A stretch of 63,689 nucleotides of DNA, the filler included, from Cercozoa sp. M6MM (taxonomy: Eukaryota; Protista; Endomyxa: Ascetosporea), in NCBI GenBank assembly GCA_040357565.1. It is 14 parts of 14 records of this genome, joined end to end, with 100 filler letters (N's around TTAATTAATTAA, not from the genome) between each part and the next. Parts side by side here need not be neighbours in the genome. Positions count along the whole stretch, not along the records: positions 51,173 to 54,767 come from JBDODJ010001387.1; positions 54,868 to 61,352 come from JBDODJ010000732.1; positions 61,453 to 62,498 come from JBDODJ010002207.1; positions 62,599 to 63,689 come from JBDODJ010002184.1; 10 more parts are not named here. The stretch is one strand, 5' to 3'. The translations under genes and the position numbers were made by a program. Of the stretch, positions 54,741 through 63,689 are shown piece by piece. Every line of letters starts with the position of its first letter. The first letter of the stretch is position 1. The notes under the pieces are model-generated. The model did not search any database, was not told the DNA's origin, and saw only the letters and a list, made by a program, of their open reading frames with translations.

Positions 54741-55456
54741 AAAGGGTAACGGGTAAGGGGGTAAGGGNNNNNNNNNNNNNNNNNNNNNNNNNNNNNNNNN
54801 NNNNNNNNNNNTTAATTAATTAANNNNNNNNNNNNNNNNNNNNNNNNNNNNNNNNNNNNNNNNNNNNACACACACACACACACACACACACACACAACAA
54901 GCCTGTGGCACTGCACAAAAATTAGTACAAGTCGCGACCAAAAACACTGGTTTTTATCGAACTAATGCTGCTGGCCGTGTACGGAAAATTTACAGCACTG
55001 TGGTTTTTGTTACTTCGATTGAGCAAGTCCTGTACTCACCTTTTCGAATGAAGAGTAAATTACCTAATAATTATGACGCGCGAATCCGTCCCGAAGTTTC
55101 TCGCACTAATATTTCTACTCCAGCACTTACTGCATTTGTTTTTCGCATCGGACTTGCCGCATGTGATGCGTATGTCTGTCTCATCATGCCTCTTAACTCC
55201 AGTCTGTATGCATGTGTGCATAGATGCATGTGTGCATAGATGTATGTGTGCATAGAGCATGTGTGCATAGATGCATGTGTGCATGTAAACTTACTGTTTT
55301 ATCGATCTATTTGCGTATGCAAGTTTTACGTATCTACTCACGACCATATGTCATGTTTCGTACACTAAGTTGTATCCTAAAGAGTGCCATTAAGCAGGGC
55401 AGACAGTTTAAAACACTTGCCTCCAGAATTCGAAAGTCGGAGTGTACGTTTGAAGT

Positions 55457-56945
55457 TTACTCGGAATTAGCCATTTGCGACTCCGATTCAAGTGATTGCA
55501 GCCAAGCGTCGAATTTCCTTTTGGGAATGAAGCGAAACTGCTGCTCTTGTTGAAACCGCGACAGCGGTTGGCGGTCAGTGCGTAGCTGAAGTTGCTCCTT
55601 TTGAAGCGCGAATCTGTCCCACAATTTTTTACATTTCGGAAGATCTTCGCCCAGCTGGCAGTTGGACATGACAGCACGTGTGCCTTGCTGCCCTTCGTTC
55701 TTGAGAGTGTAGTAGCCCGTCGTTCCGACAAGACCAGCCTCGAGTCGCCTCTTCTTGTTTTCGTCCGTTTGTTCTTGGGTAACGCTTTCTTTGCACTGAT
55801 CGACACCGTGCCTGCCTTTCCGGGTCCGATGCGCGTCGCAGATCCACGCGAGCGGCTGAGATTTATCGCGCCCCCCTTTGGTCGAATACACGCGCTTTTC
55901 GAAAGCAGTTTTCCCCCTGCAGTTTTGCATCTCACGAGATGTGCAAAATCGCTTCTGTTTATTTTTCAAAGTGCAAACCATACGGTTTTGCGATACTCGG
56001 TGCCAAGACAGCTTCGAATTCCTTTTTCTTATTGACTCGAACGGCTGCCTCGTTAAAAATAACGTTCGGCAGTTCGGTGAAATCGCTGACACTGTCCCTA
56101 ACTGGATACTGCGACGGGAACAGACTACCACAGTGTTCTACTTAGTTTTGGCACAGGTAACGTTAAAAAAACTTACTGGTGGTAAAGTTTCATGACGGGC
56201 TGGCAGGTAAGACAGTACTCGTGATCGAGTTTCCCTTTCTTTTTCAAGTTCTCGGTACGAGCGCGTACAACGCTGGCACAGTTGTAATAAAGCGGTACTG
56301 TGTACTCAAATTTAGTATCTGCATGTGAGTACTGGTGGAATCAGCTTACTGAAACCTCGTGTCGTTGTCCACCAGAAGCAAGCCTTTAAATTCGAACTTG
56401 CTGTACTCTTTGCTTCGGCTAAAGCAATGCGTAGCGGAGTCGACGGAAAGAGCCTTGCAATTTTTGGACTCCTGAATGCACGTGCTCAAAGTCCAATATG
56501 GAAAGTCCCTTCGCATGAAGGTTTGCCCGACTTGGCAGGCGGACCAGCGCAGCCACGTCAGAACTGAACTTGCATCCAACCAGTTGGGCCGCTTCCACAT
56601 CGGAGGGTGAATAAGACTGAACTCAAAAAACTTAAAGTTAAATCTAGGTTTCAAGTTACAGTACACGGGATATCCTGGACAGTACCTTGCTATTATGTCT
56701 TTATTTAAACCTTCAGCTCTAATCTGCTCGAGGAGAAACGAAAAGTCGTAGTACTCAATGTTGCAAACACTGCAATGCCCAGAATTCAAGTCGAAAACTC
56801 CAACGGCAACCTTTCGTGTTGCTTGCGGGATGATTTCGCGCTTCAATCGACGCACGCTCTCAAACTGAGCTCGCCGATCTGGAGCGGCGCCTGCGAGTGA
56901 AACGGCAACGAAAGCAGCGAAGACAACTGCCAGTAGTTTCAACAT
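55457..56945 (-). CDS. Unrecognised Cys-rich secreted protein (paralog A)
   Basis: Signal-peptide-like MLKLLAVVFAAFVAVSLAGA; exons homologous to 59277-60604. Confidence 0.75.
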
Positions 56946-57288
56946 AAGGGTGCCGTGCGAATTGGTCTTTCAGTTGGACTTAGTCGAGTATCGTACTACA
57001 GTACTGTACATCCACTCACCTCAAGCTTCGCGTGACGAGTCGCGGAATTGAAATCAAAAGTAAAGTCCGAAGTCCCTTTTCTCAGCAACTGATCGACCAT
57101 GGCCCGACTTCAGTCGAGTACTAGCGTAGCGTAGTAATGATTTCAGTTCGTTGGTTTGCGTCGAAATTTTTTGAGCTCCATGTGTACTGTACACGGCACT
57201 AGCGAGAGAGTGTAAGGTACGAAAGTTGATCAAATTTGCGTTTCGAGTTGATTCATTCGACTTATGTATTGCGGGAATTTTTGTTTGT

Positions 57289-57784
57289 TTATTCGTCATC
57301 CTTGCTCTCGTCGGCGACAGTTTTCGGAACGCCAAAAAGCTCAGCAGCGCGCTCCTCGGCGGCCTGCAATCGTCGCTCAGTGATCGCTCGCTCCTTTCCA
57401 AAAACCTCTTGCTCCTCTGGGCGCAGGTCCAATCAACAAATTTAAACGAAAGACACAAAGCACATCACACCCTGTAGTCTTTCGCGAATCGCCGGAAGCG
57501 TAGCAATCACAAAAGCGCGACCAGCGGCCGAGAAACACTTCACATCGTCATCGTACTCCTGCAACTGAACGAGCGTCGTCGATGTCAGTCGCTCCTTGTG
57601 TTGCAAGCGACCAAGCTCCACTGCACACCAACAATCAGGTCAAACATTTGAAGGCACCGTCCGCGCGGATGGATCAAATTAAAAGTAAACTGATAGTACG
57701 CTTCAGCATCTGAAGGTTCTGTGCGGCCTCGATGCGCTCCTTGCTCAGTTCGTCCATGTTTGCGAGGGGTTCTGCATTTGACAT
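57289..57784 (-). CDS. PFDN1: Prefoldin beta-type subunit, PFDN1-like; 3 exons
   Basis: Coiled coil - ERLTSTTLVQLQEYDDDVKCFSAAGRAFV hairpin - coiled coil, about 120 aa. Confidence 0.7.
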
Positions 57785-58007
57785 TCAGCAGACGAAATCA
57801 GCCCAAAACATGCAAAACTTGCAGATAAATACCACTGGACTTGATAACAGGCGACAGACACAATCTTGGTGCCAGCCCTAACGCGGGCAGAGCATTTATC
57901 GAATTGGCTACAAATACGAAAAAGTAGCCACTTGTCTGTTCGTGTGATAACGGGGATAGTTAGAGCGCTAATCGCTTGTTTGGCCTCACAACATATAGTA
58001 CAACGCA

Positions 58008-59160
58008 ATGGTATTGTTGAGAGACATACTTAGTCGAGGGCACGTGTGTGCGAAATGATGTTTGGTGGTGTCAGCGCATCATTTGGCTCCAAGTCTACCG
58101 CAAGCGCGGTCACGACGAGAAGGCGGTCAAACTGCTGACCGAGGAGGTACACTATGCGAGTGTCTGGTCAGCGTCTGGCGGGTCAGTGTCTGGACAGGTT
58201 TGTTTGTGTCAAACATTAATAGGAACTGGGCGAATTTTCCTTCTTTCGACGACCGACAATGCGCGAGTTTCTGACACTGGGCGCGCGGTGTGTTTTACCC
58301 CCCATATTACCCCATTTTACCCCTTTTACCCCCTTTTACCCCCTTTTACCCCTTTACCCCTCGCAGTACGGTGGTAGAACGAACGGCACTCGGTAGTCGC
58401 ACGAGTGTTCGCATGCAGGATGACATGCCCTTCGTGTGTCATTGGTACAGCGTTTTACCCCCTTGAACAAGGTAGTTGACTGTGTCAGTAGTCGCGTCCG
58501 CGCGGACTCTCTGGCGGCGTGTGTCATCACAGACACGGAATACCACGAAATGGCGGCGCACAATTTGCTGAATCTGATTCTCAAAGATTTCGACACTGCT
58601 GTTGGCCCGGTGAGTTTACCCCTCTCTTCACCCCCTCTTTACCCCGTTAACCTACCCCTTAACCTCCCCCTTAACCACTCCTTCACCCCTTAACCCACCC
58701 CTTAACCACCCCTTCACCCCCTTTACCCACCCCTTTTACCGCTCTACCCAAACAGAGAAGGTGGCAAAACACACAACAAGACGGCGCCGTCACTGTTCCA
58801 GAAATCGCCGAGAAAATGCGACAGTACCAGGATCCGGAAGGTGTGCTCCTTCTTACCCCCTTTTACCTCCTTTACCCCTTCACCCCCTCTTACCCTGTGC
58901 CCGCAGAAGCCGACAAGCTGCTGCGAATCCAGCGAAACATTGACGAAGTGATGGAGATCATGCATCGCAACATGGAGGAGATCCTACGACGTGGAGAAAC
59001 GCTGGACTCACTGGCGAGCAGTGCGTTTCTCCCCTCTTTGACTGAGTGACCTGTAATTACTTTGTGCATGTGTGCCACAGAGGCCGATGACATCAGTGCG
59101 GCAAGCTACGGTTTCTACCGCACCGCCAAACGGAACAATCAGTGCTGCAAGGCCTACTAA
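58008..59160 (+). CDS. YKT6: R-SNARE Ykt6, 8 exons; first coding exon is ATG only
   Basis: Longin ELGEFSFFRRPTMREFL, ITDTEY, YQDPEEADKLLRIQ, LRRGETLDSL, FYRTAKRNNQCCKAY. Confidence 0.93.
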
Positions 59161-59276
59161 GTACTACTAAGGCGGACTCCTACTCAATTGGCAAGTGTAC
59201 GTTTCCCTACGTTTCGTTTAGTAACTTCAGTTTAGAGATACGGGAGGAGTACGACGGAACGACCCGACGCCGCCTG

Positions 59277-60604
59277 ATGCTCAAAGACAAAAATCAAAGA
59301 AATCCTGCGTTTTGCTTTCTGTCCCGGGCCCAGTTTGATTTCTCCGCCGACTTGGGAACAACTCGACACGTCGAATGCCGGCTCCGTCATGAAATGGCTA
59401 CGATGGACCGCCTGTAGAAACTCTGTACTTGACAAGCTGCCTGTTGGAGAGCCTGCCTGGACCTTCAGCACGTGCATCGCAGCGTCAAAAAAATGCGTCA
59501 GTTCCGGCGCTAAGTCAGCCAAGGAATGTTTTGAACAAAGCCGAAACTATGAGAATTTCAAAGGCCTGCTTCTTGTAGACAATGACACGAGATTCCAGTA
59601 CATCGACATCCTTCATTCACTGCCAAAGGATACCGGTGAGGGCGCAACGGTTTGTTCTTGCAGTGTTGTTCGTCAACGCACTGGTCGGGTGAAAAATAAA
59701 TACCCCCACGCGTACTGTCTCACGTGCCGTCCGACCATAAAACTCTACAGTCTCGAGAGTGATAAGTAAGTTCTAGTTCAGTCGATTTCGCTTTCTCGTC
59801 TAACCCAACAAAATACGATCTGCCGCAGTACGAGTTGGGATTCGTCGGGTTTTCCGACAACAGACAGCCTCACTGACTTTGCCGAACTACCAGATGTTGC
59901 TTTCAACGCAGCTTTGTCGAGAGCGAATTCGGAGTTCGAAGGTGTCTTGGCGCCCAAGATAGAAACAACGTAAAACTTACGTTGCCGTTTGTCACCGTCA
60001 TTGTGTTATAAATTTATTTACTTGTGTACCGCACCTACAGAGGGGCATCTGCTTTCGAAAAGCGCGTATATTCGACCACATGGGGCCAAGGCGAATCTAA
60101 GCACACACGGGGGTGGATCTGCGATGCGTTTGGTACCGGCAAAGGCAGGCACGGTGTTGATCAGTGCGACGAAAGCGAGACCCGAAGACAGACGGACGAA
60201 AACAAGAAAAAGCGATACGAGGCTGGTCTTGTCGGAACGACGGGCTACTACACTCTCGCTGGCGGAGGTGGACCTTTGACAATGTCTAACTGCCAGTCTG
60301 AGCTCGAGTCCGGTCTGAATGCGGCGGCAGGTAAGTTACAGCACCGTACAGTATCCCCCTATCCCATTGTGTCACTGAACACTGATGCTTCATATTCTAT
60401 TCTCCGGTAGAGACGTGCTCCGAAATTCGCGATAGATTAAAAAATTTTAAAAGAACAAACGACTCGGAGCGCGAATCGCTGCGGCAATTCCGGCTATATG
60501 AGCAGTTCCGCTTCGTCAAAAGCACGACTGAACTTGAAACACATGCAAAGCACGAGTCCAAGACACAGGACGTCCCAGCCACCCCACCCATGGAACTTCC
60601 ATGA
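59277..60604 (+). CDS. Paralog B of the Cys-rich protein; 5' end unclear
   Basis: Shares FKGLLLVDNDTRF, YCLTC, AFEKRVYST, WICDA, KGRHGVDQC and EAGLVGTTGYYTL, plus intron positions, with paralog A. Confidence 0.7.
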
Positions 60605-61469
60605 TTGGTAGCTTGGGGGTGTTGTGTAAATTTATACTGGGAGTATTGAAGAGAAGCGATGCACGGATAGCTGCCAGCGATTGGTGGTTTTGTAGTTCAG
60701 TCAACTAAGTAACCAACCAACTACAGTAGTTTCCCTGTACCAATCCTGGGGTGGGTCACAAGCGCATGGCCGTCGACCACACGACAGCGCAGCCCGCTTC
60801 GGGTGGGACCATCCAACGGGTTTTGAGTAACTCGAGTATAATACTCTCAGTGACACGAATTACTCGGATACGAATTGCTCTGATTACTCTACTATTACTC
60901 TAGTTACTTGATTGTTACTCAGGTTACTCGACTATGGCCAGGTGTCAGTTGAAAGAGTGAGTTGCCCCAACGGTTCAATTGGGCGGCAAAGCACTGGAAA
61001 GTCACCCGTCAGTTGTTTTTATTGAGTTGGCGTGAAATAAGAAAGAAGAGAGAAGAAAAAGGGCCTCTGGAAAGGCATAGGACGGGTAGAAGCGGAGACA
61101 ACTGGTCCTGGGGATACCTGGTCGAGCCCTTCTTTGAGTTCAGCTCCAAAAGCTTGCTCAAGACTTCCTTCCCTACTCAAACACAGGTGTTCCACAGTCT
61201 GGACTGAAGCTCTCAGTAGGATACCAGCGAACACACGTCAAAATCTTCCACACCTCTTGAGGATTTTTGTAAGTTGTAGGGTTGCTTCCCCGCGGATACA
61301 GTAGCTCATGCTGTAACACAGTAGATCATGCTGTAACACAGTAGATCATGCTNNNNNNNNNNNNNNNNNNNNNNNNNNNNNNNNNNNNNNNNNNNNTTAA
61401 TTAATTAANNNNNNNNNNNNNNNNNNNNNNNNNNNNNNNNNNNNNNNNNNNNTGTGTGTGTGTGTGTGC

Positions 61470-61919
61470 GAAACACAAGAAGAAAACGAGAAAAATGATT
61501 GTACGAGTTGTTTTTGGTATTTCTCTTCGAGTTGGACCATTTCGGGCTGCAAGAAAAACACTCGACCTCGCCAGAAGTCAGTCACAAATTGAGAAAGCAA
61601 ACACGCACCTCCTCGGGCAGTTGCGGCGCCTTGGCCAGTTTGTTGCGCTGCTGCGCGTATCTGCACAAGGCAAAGAAATCCCGAGCTTTCAAAGTCAGCT
61701 GTCTTTCTTTGGTTTGCAAGTCAAAAGCTACGCCAAAGCTGCCTGCTCGCTGGCACGCGACGAGGCCTACAAGCACGACCGACTCATCACAAGGCACAAC
61801 CGACTGAACTGAAGCTTCTGCACCTTCTTTGACGCCTCCGACACCGAGTCCACCGTATCACGAGCTGCCTGCTCGACAAAGGAGCCGAACGCACTCAGCT
61901 TGGATCGCCAGTCCGACAT
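61470..61919 (-). CDS. Hypothetical protein, N-terminal exons
   Basis: MSDWRSKLSAFGSFVEQAARD..., followed by GT-AG-bounded exons. Confidence 0.45.
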
Positions 61920-62264
61920 CTCTCTCTCTCTCTCTGGTTTCTGACATCCAAAAATTAAAATGCTTTGCTCTTGCAACCCAAGCTATAGATATGCTAAAAG
62001 CACTGTCCATACTGTCAATGCACACGGGTGCACGTCAAAAGGCAGTTTAGCGACGACAAGAGCAAAAACTGAAAGGTGGGAGCCCGAAGTCGGGACTAGA
62101 CGTAGTCGACAGGACGACTTGTGACAAGCTCTTGAGTACAAGTTATCTCGCACGCCAAGCGCGATCGTACACTAGAGCGCGTAGGATATGAGTGAAGTAG
62201 CAGTAAGTTGTGGTTGTGGGCTCTTTCTAGCTTGGTGTGCATAAACATTTGCTTTTGTTTGGGC

Positions 62265-62450
62265 AGGCGCAGCGCCGAGCCTATCGGACTCGGCGGCATC
62301 AGGTGCGCTGATAAGGGGGTAAGCCTTGACTGGACCCTTCTATGTGGTCGGTATGTGCAGGTGTGGCGGCGTCTGCTGCAGCTAATGCGCGATGTGAATC
62401 CGGCCAAATCCGACGCCATTCTGCACGAGTGGAACAGCACGCATTCGTAT
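62265..62450 (+). CDS. Possible EME1-like C-terminal HhH fragment
   Basis: KG|VWRRLLQLMRDVNPAKSDAILHEWNS resembles EME1 VWRRQIQQLNRVS...A.AV; weak. Confidence 0.3.
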
Positions 62451-62658
62451 GGCTTTGCCATGTTTACTCCCCCTCCCCTATTTACCCCCCCCCCCCCCNN
62501 NNNNNNNNNNNNNNNNNNNNNNNNNNNNNNNNNNNNNNNNNNTTAATTAATTAANNNNNNNNNNNNNNNNNNNNNNNNNNNNNNNNNNNNNNNNNNNNAG
62601 AGGGGGTAAAGAGGGGGGTAAAGAGGGGGGTAAAGAGGGGGCAAAAAGGGGAGTTAAA

Positions 62659-63560
62659 CCTGCAGCAGGTTCGGCTGCTGCGCGGCCACCTCGCGACGGT
62701 ACTGCTCGCCGCCGTCGCGACTGCACAGCAGCCACAGCGCCGTCTTATCCACCTGCACACACACGGATTTAATTAAGGGGGCACACACATTTAATTAAGA
62801 GTGACAGACTTAATTAAGGACTCTAACTTAAGGGGGCACAGAGGAAGAAAACTACCTTGTCCGTGCAGGACTCGGCCAGTACGCGCAGTGTCGCCTTGGA
62901 CAGCGGCGCGTGCAGATCGACGCAGTAGAGAAACGCTGCCATTCGGTCCATTTTCATTCTTTAGTTAAGGCGGCGAAAAGACAGTTAAGGGGGCCTCGAG
63001 TACCCTCGCGCAGTGTCATGGCCGTCTCGTGGAACAACAAGGTTTTCGCACTCTCGTCGAGTTTCGCGAGTCGAAAACTGCGCTGTTCCTCTGCAAACGG
63101 GGGAAGGGTAAAGGGTCGGAGTAAGGTGGCAAGCTTAAGGGAGCGACACCCTGAACTCCGAGTCGAGCGAGCACCGCGTCGACGAGTGTTTCGTTGTTGG
63201 CGCAGTAGATTCCCAGTGCATCGCCCACCTGGGGAAGGGGGGGGTAAAAGGAGGCAGGTAAGAGAGGGAGACCGGGGAGTCAACACACGTGGTAGACCAG
63301 TGGCGAGTCGCAGGACAACTCGAGGTGCAACACGTGTTTCTCTGCCTCCGGCTGCGTGAGCCACCTGGCCTCCATCATGCGCGCCTCGAACGGCACCTCG
63401 GGTACATACCCGTGTAGGTGACGCTCGTCCCTGGTGGGAGAGAGTAAGAGAGAGGTAACACGGGTAAATGGGGGAGGGATAAGAGTTACTTGTCCTTGTT
63501 GGCCCCCAACGTCCACCGAACCGAAAAGAACGCGTCGTTGGCGTGCTCGCTCGCTACACA
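62659..63560 (-). CDS. Diflavin oxidoreductase FAD-binding region (methionine synthase reductase / P450 reductase-like), fragment
   Basis: PFEARMMEARWLT..EKHVLHLEL..YH|VGDALGIYCANNETLV..., CVDLHAPLSKATLRVLAE, LWLLCSRDG. Confidence 0.8.
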
Positions 63561-63689
63561 AGAGAAGGTAAGAGGGCTAAGGAGGTGTGTGTGTGTGTGT
63601 GCGTGTGTGCGTGTGTGTGTGTGTGTGTGTTCGGGAGAGGGTCGTGTTGCACCTCGAGTTGTCCTGCGACTCGCCACTGGTCTACCACG

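Noticed and set aside
1-63689. Alternative genetic code or predominantly non-canonical introns
   Set aside because: Conserved genes (RAB8, YKT6, MCM9, RecQ) splice cleanly with GT-AG, and TAA, TAG and TGA all act as stops. Possible GC donors (about 12519, 17047) are ambiguous.

Overview
This window is not one locus. It is about 14 short contigs of an intron-rich, gene-dense eukaryotic (protist-like) genome, joined by artificial N-TTAATTAATTAA-N spacers, so gene order only means something within a contig. The genetic code is standard and the introns I could trace are GT-AG, with degenerate donors and frequent micro/minisatellite filling. Recognisable genes (many partial): RecQ4-like helicase, SepH/Cdc7/MAP3K-epsilon-like ARM C-terminus, Rubicon-homology zinc domain, SAP-domain protein, PP2C end, DmX-like WD40 protein, class I glycerate kinase, Rab8/Sec4, SF3A3 end, SNF2 end, kelch protein, ELM2-PHD-ARID chromatin protein, MCM9, prefoldin beta subunit, Ykt6 and a diflavin reductase. 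The most notable observations are: (1) an EEP nuclease/phosphatase whose catalytic SDH strand appears at the N-terminus (circular permutation), separated from the rest by a +1 frame shift and followed by a C-terminal HhH motif; (2) a well-folded U1 snRNA with an aberrant Sm site; (3) a TGACC/GGTCA-cored tandem-repeat family in both introns and in-frame exons of unrelated genes; (4) strand-biased T2-4AC3-8 intron arrays; (5) an inverted pair of unrecognised Cys-rich, probably secreted paralogs. All calls are by eye and motif recall; no searches were run, and spans of multi-exon genes are approximate.
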